Part shown: positions 1 to 10,685 of the stretch, piece by piece | Layout of the letters: each line of letters opens with the position of its first letter | How positions within the stretch are numbered: position 1 is the stretch's first letter | NCBI GenBank assembly: GCA_051362555.1 | Contig: CM120640.1 | Location: forward strand, 20,832,001 to 20,896,000 | Reading direction: 5' to 3' | Source of the DNA: Lingula anatina | Taxonomy: Eukaryota; Animalia; Brachiopoda | Length of the DNA stretch: 64,000 bases | Translations under genes and position numbers: made by a program | Notes under the pieces: generated by a model | Databases searched by the model: none | Seen by the model: the letters and a program-made list of their open reading frames with translations, nothing else | Told to the model about the DNA's origin: nothing

Positions 1-3
1 TAC

Positions 4-712
4 CATTGAAGCATCATCCACATCTGTTATAGCACTAAACAAAACGTCAACTTTCACCACTGTCGGTTTCCCTGGTTAAAACCACACAGTTTATAAACAG
101 TTGCTCTATAGTTTATTTGCTTTATTCCCCCCTTTGTAGCTATCCCAATACGAGCAATGTCAACAAAATGTTTAACAGAACATTTAAACGCAGATCGTTT
201 TTTATTATTTATAGTCATATAATGTAAAACTAATATTCTAATAATTATCACATATTTTGCATTTACCTTGTCTGAAGTGAGGTCTGATGCGCTTGTCATA
301 CTGCAACTGTAGGAGATGGTCAAGGAAGGCGATCCTCTCCTCGTATTCAGTGCCATTACCAACCGCATTTGTTTGTCTACAGTTACGGACAGATTTTAAA
401 TGAGAGATTTAATAAATAACCTATGTGTTTAGTGTTTCATAGGCAAATAAATTGAAATTAAAACAAAATACTTAAATGTGTATTTCTTAATCTGAGTCAT
501 TAGATATTTGAAAGACCATACGAACCCTCGACACTCGCCCCAAACCCCATCACCCCCACATACTTGACGTTTCGATTATATTTTTCCAATCCTGTAAATG
601 TTAAACTAATCATCATGTGTATTGTGCGTCTTACTTACATTGCGCCACAATAAAAAATACAAATCGCCATGACAAATAGCAAACTGCAGAATCTATCATG
701 TGCAGACTCCAT
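4..712 (-). CDS. Cys-loop (pentameric) ligand-gated ion channel subunit, GlyR/GluCl/GABA-A-like; first three coding exons, gene continues beyond the left edge
   Basis: Not in the ORF track. Exons 712-639, 376-267 and 71-4 have GT-AG boundaries with matching phases. They give MESAHDRFCSLLFVMAICIFYCGAI-QTNAVGNGTEYEERIAFLDHLLQLQYDKRIRPHFRQ-GKPTVVKVDVLFSAITDVDDASM: a signal peptide followed by the 'LDxLL..YDKRIRP...G.P..V.V' N-terminus typical of anion-selective Cys-loop receptors. Confidence 0.85.
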
Positions 713-1387
713 TTTTTTACATACATGAACAATTTTCTTGTTCAGCCCTCACTCGGTACCTACTAAACTGTAATGACCGACGAAATATTTAATGTGCACT
801 GATATCCGATCTTTTCCGCGCTGGACATTTATCGATCTATTTACACTGTGGGCTGCATGTTGTAAACGAAGACCACAGTATTTATACGCAGTTTTGGAGT
901 TTGTCTTGAAGCTAAAATCTGGCCTAAACTCTCACCCTACGGATGTGACAGCGGAAACAAGACGTAGAGACAGATTACACGGTATTGGAAATCATCGTTA
1001 ATGTATAACTCCATATTATTTCATTGCTGTGGCATTGCCCCTTACACTTCGTTGGTCACGAAGTTTGTTGAGTCCGTTATATAACAGTGAAGTACGCTAG
1101 AGTAAATACTCTACAGAAATTAAAAAGACGGAAATGGATGTAAGTCATTTTAAATAGCATGGCAAACATACCTATGGCAGAATACCTTTGATTGGAGACG
1201 ACGTGCTGGTGAGTCCCGACGCATTTTGAGAAATATACCACTTTTCAGTCCTTTTATCCGGTGCTGTTAACACGAACACTTTGACGTATTTTTTTCAATG
1301 AAAAGAAAAACCGTTTACTTTGATTGCAAAGGCAGAGCTTGAATTTTTGTCCTAGAAACGATGTTTTCCATTTTTCTACTACAGCTA

Positions 1388-1421
<34 letters not shown>
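1388..1421. repeat. poly(A) tract
   Basis: Uninterrupted run of more than 30 A. Confidence 0.9.
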
Positions 1422-1422
<1 letters not shown>

Positions 1423-2317
1423 ATCTGCATAAGATATCATATAATGCTCTCTTTTACTACACGAAGTTTACAGGCATGGCTTTAGCTTTGATGCGCATTA
1501 AAAAACTGTCAATGCTGGGTCGTGTTCAAATCGGTATAAATCAAGGATTTTTTTCAAAATGGACCATCACAGTTTATCATAAAAAAAAACAATTCCTTTG
1601 CTCCGCAAATAAAAAAATCATCATCATCAACAATAAAACAAGCTACATATACACCATGTACTTTAAAATTACGACCAACAAATATAGTACTATACCATGC
1701 TTATTGTGTTTTGGATTTAGTGCCGACCTCGGCGAATAAACCCTTATTTAGGAGCATGAAGTCAACTTGTTACCGTATCGTAGAAAAACTCAAACTACTT
1801 GGTCAGGTATGATAGGAATGGTGGTCTAAGAAATTGATGCCCGGGGTCTCATATGATTAGTAAATGTTAGTCGAAGTATGAGGGCTAGCAGACGGGACGA
1901 ATGTCACCTGTAAAAAATAATGGGGAATGGGCTACGGTTTCTAGCGGACTACCCTTCCTGCCACACCTGTCAAAGTTATACTGGAAATTATCTATTTTCG
2001 CTGCTGGTCGTTGCAGATGTGTGATCACAGGCTTGTGTGCCTCAGGTTTGGTTAAACCAAGACCTCTGCCTTTTTACGACAGTAATAGTAACAAATATGA
2101 TAAGTGAAAGTTATACCTTGGGTTTGTTTTAAAGTATCCGTACATAATGGGAAAGTGGCGTATTCACTCATAAATAATTGTGACGTCCCATACTCAAAGA
2201 TAATTAAGCAGATCCAAGGTAGTAGGCGAGTCTACGTTAAACATTCATCCTTGAACAGTTGTCGGTGTGGACACGTGATTGCTCGTGCAGCATCAATACC
2301 ATGAATACAGTTTGTGT

Positions 2318-2326
2318 CGCGGGAAA
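2318..2326 (-). promoter_or_regulatory. candidate E2F-type site (TTTCCCGCG) just upstream of the CDC20-like start codon
   Basis: cgcgggaaa on the + strand about 25 bp before ATG 2350; matches TTTSSCGC. Short motif match only. Confidence 0.35.
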
Positions 2327-2349
2327 GATAACACACAGGCACACCATCA

Positions 2350-4458
2350 ATGGCGGGGTACGAACACAGCCCTCAAGACTACAGCATCTTCGGTGCCCCT
2401 CGCTCTCGTGCTGGGTCCGTGGGGGCAAAAATAGGGGACCATGGCGTGGATCGCATGCTTCCACGTCGTGGGAGCTTAGACGTGGATCTTAGCCATTTCA
2501 AACTGATGACCCCTCCGACGGCTGACGACGATGACAGTGATGACAAGCCCTCGGTATTCGTACATAAGACACCGCCTACAGACTCCAAGCAAACTGGCAA
2601 TGGGTGCCAAATAATGAATAATTACCACCAAAAATTTCGGAGATTCAGTCTCGGTGGCGGCCGGAGTGATGGCAGTATCTTACCATTTTCGCCGATGGAA
2701 AATGAGCGGAAAGCAACCCTTAGCACTCCCGGTAAGTGACAGAATTAGGCTTACCACCTGACCACTTCATAAAATAATCATTTCAATTATGACCCTGAGA
2801 GAGATGTGAAATTTATTTGCTTGCAAATTGATAAATAACAAAATTAATTAATAGAATTGTGCACATCAGTTTTATCTTAGACCAGTTTTGATCCCTAAAC
2901 AAACAAAAAATTAAATAGTATTAGTAAATACAAGTAGATTAAATACACGCAAAAGCCCATCTACATGTTATGTAGATCACACGCGGCATACCTGTAGCTT
3001 CATTTCAAGAAGGTCTTTGAGGGGTTGTCTTTGATAAATGACAAAAAAATGTGTGTGATCTTCTATACTGAAATAGCTTTAGCTGAAACTGTGTGATCTT
3101 CAATACTGAAATAGCTTTAGCTGAAACTGACTAGAACTCCGTTTTTGAGTGACGCTTCTTGTATTTTCCCTACCACTGTGAAGGCATTATGAGTAATAAT
3201 ATAAGTAATAATTATGCGCTGATAGATCAAACTATTTTTTTGTCCTGTACAGTGAACTATCTAGACAGCGTGAGGAAACGTTTAGAGGGAATCTCCTTAG
3301 GGAGCAGTCCTTCATCTTCCAGCAAGGTCAGAGAACGAAAACCAGACCAAATCTTGGACATGCCGAATATACGTAACGACCTAAGTAAGTAAAAACCTCA
3401 ATGTCAATTACGCATAACGTTAGCTATTTACTTTTTGTTTGAAAATGGGGCATTTGTTGATGATTTTTAAATGGTCCAATTAATTGAAATCATTTATACT
3501 TCGCACCAACTGCCATTCGGCGAAAAATTTGCATAAAATAAAACTTATTTCAAGAATTTTCTTCATTCACTGTTAATTTCAACATCGTCATCAGATGTAA
3601 ACGTGATGGACTGGAGCAGCCAGAACATGATCGGCATTGCGTTAGAGGATCAAGTGTACTGCTGGCGGCGGGACATTGGAGAATGCATACAGGTGCCCGT
3701 GGAACTGACGGAAGAGGACGACTACGTCATGGCTTTGGGGTTCAACCCCGATGGTTCTTTACTTGCTTTAGGTTCCACACCCGATGACATAGAGGTAGGA
3801 ATTTTGACTATTATAGTCATAACTTCTAAAGTGTATTCTTTTAAGATGTAATCGTGCAAAACTTCTTACCTCAGGCCTTTTAAAAAAGCAACAATACTCT
3901 TCAAATAAAACTTTACATAAAGATATTACTCGTATTATTTGTCCAAGAATAAAAGTACCTGTGGTCGTCGTTTACATGTATTATACAGGAAGACATGAGT
4001 GCCTAGGGCTCATTGCCAATGAAACTATGGGTCTACGAGGCGTGTAAATCTGTTTGACTGAGTGCATCCAGGAAGCAAGATTGTCAGTTTTGGGAGATTG
4101 ATGCTGGTATAAATAATGCCTAAAATTGGCACTTTCATTTGATTTTACGATCCCCATGTCAACAATATGGCTATTTAATTCTAAAAAATGGATTTTTTTA
4201 GATCTGGAATTTAGAAAAGATGAAAGTGGTACATAACATCAGATCACACAGTTGTGCAGCTGTGAGCTTGGCATGGAAAGGGACAATATTGGCAAGGTAA
4301 TTTTTTCAATAAATTAAAAATGACGACTTTATCAACTTTAAAATAAATCGATATTCATTAAGTGAAAAGAAGAGTCTGCCGTGTCCCTTTATTTGGCAGT
4401 ATCAAATGCTGATATATATGTTATGGCCTCTGTCACGACCACTCCCTCCGATACACAG

Positions 4459-4503
<45 letters not shown>

Positions 4504-6478
4504 AATCTGCCCCTAATAATGTCCATAAACCTGAAAGACATTATTTTACAGTGGTGATGCTGATGGTAACATCCATCTCCATGACACCCGGGCCCCGACC
4601 CCCATTGCTACCAACAAAGACCACACGTGGGTGTGCAATCTTCGGTTCAGCCCAGACGGCCGCTACCTTGCCAGCGGCGGCAAGGACAGCACAATCTGCA
4701 TCCGGGAGATGAACGAACGTAGACTGTATCAGAAAATACCAGCGCACAACTCGGCAGTGAGAGTAAGTCAACAAACTGCTATCCGACTTGTATGAGAATA
4801 TTTTTAAAACGATATGATTTTGTTTTTAAAGAAAGATGTGGTTTACACTTGCGTTCTCTCTCCATATCTCCATACACACCCTCATCAAATATGGTTTTAA
4901 ACAATTTTCAAAAGCATGTTTTCACATTCAAATTTTAATCCCGTTAGCGTTAAAGTCACGACATTTGGACTCCTAAATTCGTCTGACTTTATGTTTGTTT
5001 GTTTATTTAAGTGACCTGTGCTATAATGCAAGTAATACAGATACATTTTTTTTCTTTTTGCACCCCAGCCCAGTCACTATTTAATTTTATATTATTCTAA
5101 TATATTAATGAACAAGAAAGACTTTAATTGCCAGTGTCCACCGACTGTATACAATATTTGCTTAAATTGATATTGTAGATTTTTAAAAATATTTTCTCTT
5201 CAGGCCCTGACATGGTGCACAGGTCTACACAGTATTCTTGCGAGCGGAGGAGAACTTGGGGATGGAAGCATCCGTTTGTGGAATGTTAACAGTGGCTTGA
5301 AACTAACTGAAGTAGATACCGACTCTGGGGTAGGGTTCAATTGGAGCTATTGGCTTTTGACGCTTCTCAAAATCCATTCACTGCCTTTTACTCCCTTAAT
5401 TAAATAAAGTACGTTTTACATTTTTATTCAAATGTGTCACATGACGACTAACTTAAAACAGTCTTTTAGATACCCTGTTTGAAAGTCATATTTGGATTGA
5501 TGCCCAGAAAAAAAAAACCAAACTGAAAATACATTTTAGTGCCTATCATCCCCCTTTAAGTGCAAGTCTTTATGTACTGTAAAGAACAGGAACAAATGAA
5601 ATGTAACGTTTTGTGTTGTTACGGAGGATCCTCGTAGTGAACGTGTCATACTTCGATTTTTCTCTCAGATCACTTGTATGCTGTGGAATACCAACGATCA
5701 GGAATTGATCACCGGTCACAGAGGAACCAAGCATAACCTGGTGGTCTGGAAGAACCCCAGTCAGCTACATCCAGCTTTATATCTGGATGGGGAAGAAGAG
5801 GGCATACTTCACGTAGCACTTAGCCCAAACGAAGAAACATTAGGTGGGTATACCTCTGGTCTCTGTTATATAGACTGAGGAGAACTTTCCCATATGGCAG
5901 TTCACTACAAATTACCTACATTTAGTATCTACCAATAGGCCTACATATTTTCTCTGATTAGAATATTGTGAAAATGATTAAGAAGAGTAACAGTCACTAA
6001 TTGGCCTCTCGCTGTAGCTGTCGTTGAAGTTAGTTATATAATTGATCTTGGCAAAATTAGCTGCAGTTTCAAGTTGGCTTCACAAAATACGCCATGTATA
6101 TAAATTTGAATTTAAAATGTATGACAGAATGTGATTTTACACGTGGAAAGTTCCATGTCGAATTTTTATGGTTTGAAAGATACAAAAATATGTCTTTATC
6201 ACGTATGTAATATTTTTTGTTGTCTACCGCTGAATATTCAATTTTATTATGACTTCATGATAAAGAGACTTTGGCGCCACTTTGGCGCCACACATTTTAC
6301 GTTCAGAGAATAATGAAGAATTTAAAACGGTACGTCATTGATCTTTATTTCAGCGTCAGCATCGCCAGATGAAAAAATGCGCTTATGGAACTGCTTCGGC
6401 GACGCGAACATAAAAAAGAAACAACGGTGTTGCCTTGGTTCTCCAACGACATCAGCATTACTGCGAACCATACGCTGA
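2350..6478 (+). CDS. divergent CDC20/fizzy-family WD40 APC/C coactivator
   Basis: Eight GT-AG exons in consistent phase: 2350-2731, 3253-3384, 3595-3794, 4202-4296, 4552-4762, 5204-5329, 5669-5843, 6354-6478. C-box-like DRMLPRR; 'PDQILDMPNIRNDLNVNVMDWS' (compare PERILDAP..DDYYLNLLDWS); WD repeats 'LASGGKD', 'AHNSAVRALTWC...LASGG...DGSIRLWN' and 'ASASPDEKMRLWNCF'; C-terminal IR tail (LRTIR*). Confidence 0.9.
3052..3127. repeat. tandem duplication, 2 x 38 bp, intronic
   Basis: tgtgtgatcttc(t/a)atactgaaatagctttagctgaaac occurs twice with one mismatch. Confidence 0.9.
4460..4502. repeat. (TTA)n microsatellite
   Basis: About 14 TTA units in a CDC20-like intron. Confidence 0.9.
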
Positions 6479-7028
6479 AAAAAGAGGTGCTGAATCAGTC
6501 ATAAACTACAACAGAATAACCTACAGCATTAAAAACACTATGCCTTTACCTAATGGCCAAAAAGATAGTAAATGATTATACGTTTAGTTTGTAGAGAGCG
6601 GACCTGAAAAAACGTAGCACAATCGAAAAGTGAGCATATATCGTAGCAATCAAGACGGAGGGCTCGTCACTGTAGTTGGATTAGTGCTTTCGTAATGAAC
6701 CGTGTTCATGATCGTTAATTATACGTTATTTGCTACCAACTGTGTAAGTGATGTTTCATTATTCATGTAATTTGGCTACCAATCTGCTTGTTATAAACGT
6801 ATTTGAATTGAGCAGATTCTATTTATGACGTTTTATACTTGTTGAAACGACTTTGTGTAGTTCTTGTTCGTTCGCACTTTCTAGTTTATAATAATTACAA
6901 ACCTTTGTAAAAACTGAATCGTCTTTTTGGTTGCTTTATAGGTATTTCGACTTCACCTATGTTGACCCCCAGTATAAGAATTTTAGCTTATCTTTTCAAC
7001 ATCTCTGCCATCTCCATGCCCTCTTCAG

Positions 7029-7236
7029 CCCCCTTTACACTGGACGGCGTCCTTTCTGCGTCCAGCAGTACGGCCCCATTTGACAGTTAAAAAATTATAA
7101 TACTTTACGTGCCGACAGCTGGCCGATCATTGAACATTCATTCTGATACAAAATCAATACTCGTTCCTCCTTATTAAGACCACAGCGATGCCAAATTTCA
7201 TGGTCGCAGAAAGGACGCCGTCCAGTGTAAAGGGGG
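7029..7236. mobile_element. MITE-like element with perfect 32-bp terminal inverted repeats
   Basis: ccccctttacactggacggcgtcctttctgcg (7029-7060) and its reverse complement (7205-7236) flank a non-coding interior. No clear TSD, so the superfamily is unassigned. Confidence 0.75.
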
Positions 7237-7584
7237 TATTACAAGTTAACGGTCGCAAAGCTTTCCAAATAGCCACTACTTGCACTAAGATTCTAAGCCA
7301 TCGTCCCCTCCACAGTGGCGTAATGATAGTTTCATTCTACTAATAAATGAGGCAAATTAACAAGTTCAATCACCGCTCTGAAAATAGTTATTTAATTTTT
7401 GGCCAAGACCGAAGACAGTTTTCTTCGAATCACAAATCGCAACAAATACAACAGCTACTGTATTTGGAAGGAAACCAAAGTCCACTTGTTGTAGTCTTAA
7501 TAATTTTATTGCGGGGTTGGCATTTGATGAAACTGATAACAGTGTCTACACAAGGGATGGGGAAAATGCTAAAAATTGAAAATT

Positions 7585-8535
7585 CAGGGATGCTAGTGGG
7601 GTCCGGAAAGAAAACCTGAACTTTTTTTTGGCAAAGACGGGGGGGGGGGGGGGGGGGGGGTACAAATTGATTATGAAACAATTACTATATTTCAAATTTT
7701 ATTTAATAAATATATTGCAATATATGTCATCACAACTTAATGGTAATTTTCAACAGTTGTTTCCAAGGATAATCTTGACATTGACAAGATGGAAGTGCCA
7801 TCAGTACATAAACACCTACCACCCATAGTAGACAGTAATGATCCCTCACGTAAGCTTGATAATCACCAGCATGATAATGATAGTCACTAAATGTTAATCC
7901 CTTTCATTTATCATTTTCAAAGATTGGTAATGGCTTTCGTGGTAATGCCCAAGCAACAAAAATGTGTAAAGACAACTACGTGCTTTGGCATGCTTAGTTG
8001 TTTTAGCATGGTTTTTCAGAGCTTTTTTACCACTGCTTCCGTACCGGATCACGTCGTTGCACCATACACACCAAGCTTCTCCGGGGGACTTTCGCTTCCG
8101 AACATAGGTAGAAAAAAAATCGTCATTATTGTCCTTTTCCTCCAGCCAACTCCAACTAAATCTATTTTTGACAGTTATGTCGATGTTTCTAATATCGTCT
8201 GTTCCCCTCTCCGCGAAATCCATTTAGTTTGGTTTAGTTCAAAATTCCGCGCACGCGGTGTCAAAACTTTCCACATGGGTGCCGACATTAAAGCCTACAT
8301 TTCCAACCAATCAAGCGCCATAAATAAATCACGTGCTACGGTTGTGACTAGATATTGTGTTGAAACGCAGCTCTGTCGCAATGGTTGAAATGCGACGTTC
8401 CTCTGACGCATCGTTCGTCCAGTCCGCGACCACGTTAAAAACGAGAATTCCGGAACAAAATATAGTACCAGAAAATTTTATAACTGGACGCAAAAAACCG
8501 GAATTCCGGTAAAAACCGGAAGACTAGCATCCCTG
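7585..8535 (-). mobile_element. non-autonomous internal-deletion derivative of the hAT element at 54090-58120
   Basis: TIR CAGGGATGCTAGT at both ends and 6-bp TSD AAAATT (7579-7584 and 8536-8541). Near-identical to 54090-54653 joined to 57756-58120, in reverse orientation, with a 12-nt filler at the junction. Confidence 0.95.
7894..8223 (-). CDS. 109-aa chimeric ORF of the deleted element: transposase N-terminal BED-like zinc finger fused in frame to the last 19 or so residues of the OTU exon
   Basis: Identical to the start of ORF 54402 (..AWCVWC...LKNHAKTTKH..ARSC), then filler-encoded residues (LYTF), then LLLGHYHESHYQSLKMINERD as in ORF 57603-57821. Expression unknown. Confidence 0.5.
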   Translation of the reverse strand: MDFAERGTDDIRNIDITVKNRFSWSWLEEKDNNDDFFSTYVRKRKSPGEAWCVWCNDVIRYGSSGKKALKNHAKTTKHAKARSCLYTFLLLGHYHESHYQSLKMINERD

Positions 8536-8672
8536 AAAATTCTTTTGGAAACAAAATCGGAATCTATTTGCGACATTACATTCCCATAACATTTGCACCC
8601 CGAATTCTAAAAATCTGCTAAGAATTTAATGAAATGGGGTATAATAAAAATCAAAATTACAAAAAGGTTCAG

Positions 8673-10685
8673 TTAAACTCTGGAGCAGTTCCCCATAATG
8701 CTGTAGCATTGTTTTATAGCTTCTTGACAGTTATTATAATCCTGCCAGGGTCTAACCACCAGCTTCTCCAGCAGTCTAATGTGACTAAGCAATATCGGCA
8801 GTGCCGTTTTTGCATCTGCATTCCGCAGTAGTTTTTCCATTGCACTACTAAAAAGCTGTTCAGATCTTTTCAAAACTTGGACCTTAGCTGTAAGATTTTG
8901 CTCCTTGTTACATTTAATGCACTTAGAGACGACTCCCGACATTGCGTTTAGAAGCAATGGGGCCGCACAACTACCGCATTTGAAAATGGGAACTGTGTTG
9001 GGGAGTTGGTCATACTGCAACCAGTTCTCAGCGCAGGGTTGGCACTGACAAATGAAATAATATTGTTCCTTAAGCTTTGCACGTCTTTCTGGGGTAGCTG
9101 ATATGGCACATAAAGCACCATAATTATCGGACACTTCACTGCCCTTTGGCACATTCCGTATGGCACGAACTATACACACGTCTCCTAAGAAATTCCTGGT
9201 CACTGCAGGATCACACGAGTGGTTGAACAAGCTCATCATTGCATAGATGGCAGCACCTATTTCCTTAGTTGTTGAAGTAGCTACATTATCAGGGTCAAGC
9301 TCCAGTTCTGAGATTTCGTGAGCATTGCAAGGTAAATTTTGCAAATGACGTAAAATCAATCCACCGAAATAACAAAGAATAGATTTGTCCACATCTTTTT
9401 CCTGGAAAAATGGCGACTTTTGCAGACATTTTAGAAGGAAAACTGACATGATGGTGCGACGAAATAGATCATTCACTGCTCTGTCTTCTGAGTGAGTGAC
9501 AAGGTTGTAGATCGTTGTATAGTTATCCGACCTATACTGCCCTTTCTCATCGAGACCCCAATCTAATTCACAACAATCGCCCACCCCCTTGTGTTGGACT
9601 AGTTCTCTGAATCCTAACAGAAATTCATAACCTGCCACAAGCACCACTCTTAAAGCTAGGTGACCCATGCCGCCAATGCCACTCTGCTGAATAGTGTCCA
9701 AGTAAGGGCATTCAAACTGATGAAACCTCAACCATCCAGATTGTTTACATTCCTGACTGCAGTATCTAACAGTGCTGCACTCACTGCAGGGTATTGGAGC
9801 CACAAGTTGTTTGAAACAGCTGTGACAATGGCTAACATTGTATGGTTTTAGTAACACCGAGGCAAATGGTTTCTCTATCACAAGGGTGTCTCCAACTTGT
9901 ATGTCACAAGTGGCCACTGGAAACCTGCCTAGTGTAGGGGCAGTGGTCACATCTAAGGCACTGGATGCTGACAGGTACTTCTGGCTCTGTCCATGAGATA
10001 AAACAGGCATGGGCATTGAATCATCAACTGAGTCAGCTGCAGGACACTCACTGTCCGGTGAGGAAATATCTAATTGTTTTAACTGCTTCTCAATTTCTTG
10101 TATAAGTGATTGTTTTTTCTTACTATCAGCAGTACTAAGCTCAACCAGCTGCTTTGCTGTATGAAAACTCTCACATGCCTTGCCCTTTTCCTTCAGCTTG
10201 CTATAGCATTTCCCCTTTCTTTCTTCTAGTTTATACTTAAGCTCATCAGGGTAGTTATTTTCCAAAGACTGTTCAATATCCTTGAGGCAAAGGAAATATT
10301 CTTGCATATGGAATAAAACAGCAGATCTGTTGGCCAGTGCCAGAGACAGATCACTTTCACCGGGTTTATCACAAACAGGAGGTGCGATAATAACACTTTC
10401 ATTGTAAGCCTCCAGTGCCTTTGCATAGAATTTCTTCTGAAACAACTGATTCCCTTTCTTTCTTAGTTTAGTTGATGTCTCTGATGATTTTAAGCTAAGA
10501 GAGGGTTCTACTTGAATTGTTTCATGAAGGCAAGGAAGATCCCACACAAAAGAAAATCTTTCTTCGTCACTTTTTTGTTGGCCAAAGGCAGCTGAAATTT
10601 CCTGCAACTGGCTGCCATCTTTCAGGGTTTGACAGATTCTGTCATACCAGGTATGAAATATACCCTTTTTCTCCTCCACCTCCAT
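8673..10685 (-). CDS. SMYD4: SET and MYND domain lysine methyltransferase, SMYD4-like (670 aa, single coding exon)
   Basis: N-terminal TPRs (GNQLFQKKFYAKALEAYNES; ALANRSAVLF), split SET domain (GRFPVATCDIQVGD...SLFNHSCDP...EVSDNYG), MYND finger (CHSC...CSEC..YCSQEC...H..EC) and post-SET CQCQPC. An acceptor at 10696-10697 suggests an intron in the 5'UTR. Confidence 0.93.
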   Translation of the reverse strand: MEVEEKKGIFHTWYDRICQTLKDGSQLQEISAAFGQQKSDEERFSFVWDLPCLHETIQVEPSLSLKSSETSTKLRKKGNQLFQKKFYAKALEAYNESVIIAPPVCDKPGESDLSLALANRSAVLFHMQEYFLCLKDIEQSLENNYPDELKYKLEERKGKCYSKLKEKGKACESFHTAKQLVELSTADSKKKQSLIQEIEKQLKQLDISSPDSECPAADSVDDSMPMPVLSHGQSQKYLSASSALDVTTAPTLGRFPVATCDIQVGDTLVIEKPFASVLLKPYNVSHCHSCFKQLVAPIPCSECSTVRYCSQECKQSGWLRFHQFECPYLDTIQQSGIGGMGHLALRVVLVAGYEFLLGFRELVQHKGVGDCCELDWGLDEKGQYRSDNYTTIYNLVTHSEDRAVNDLFRRTIMSVFLLKCLQKSPFFQEKDVDKSILCYFGGLILRHLQNLPCNAHEISELELDPDNVATSTTKEIGAAIYAMMSLFNHSCDPAVTRNFLGDVCIVRAIRNVPKGSEVSDNYGALCAISATPERRAKLKEQYYFICQCQPCAENWLQYDQLPNTVPIFKCGSCAAPLLLNAMSGVVSKCIKCNKEQNLTAKVQVLKRSEQLFSSAMEKLLRNADAKTALPILLSHIRLLEKLVVRPWQDYNNCQEAIKQCYSIMGNCSRV

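Noticed and set aside
54-368. 104-aa ORF on the - strand
   Set aside because: It is an out-of-frame reading of a Cys-loop receptor exon running into an intron.
930-1050. Candidate first coding exon of the ion channel (donor at about 935)
   Set aside because: No in-frame ATG before a stop. Exon 712-639 gives a proper signal peptide; this segment is at most a 5'UTR exon.
3052-3127. 38-bp direct repeats as a possible CRISPR array
   Set aside because: Two adjacent copies, no spacer, inside a eukaryotic intron.
7891-8388. 165-aa + strand ORF, and its twin at 54384-54668 (-)
   Set aside because: Antisense shadows of the transposase N-terminus. They recur only because the DNA is duplicated.
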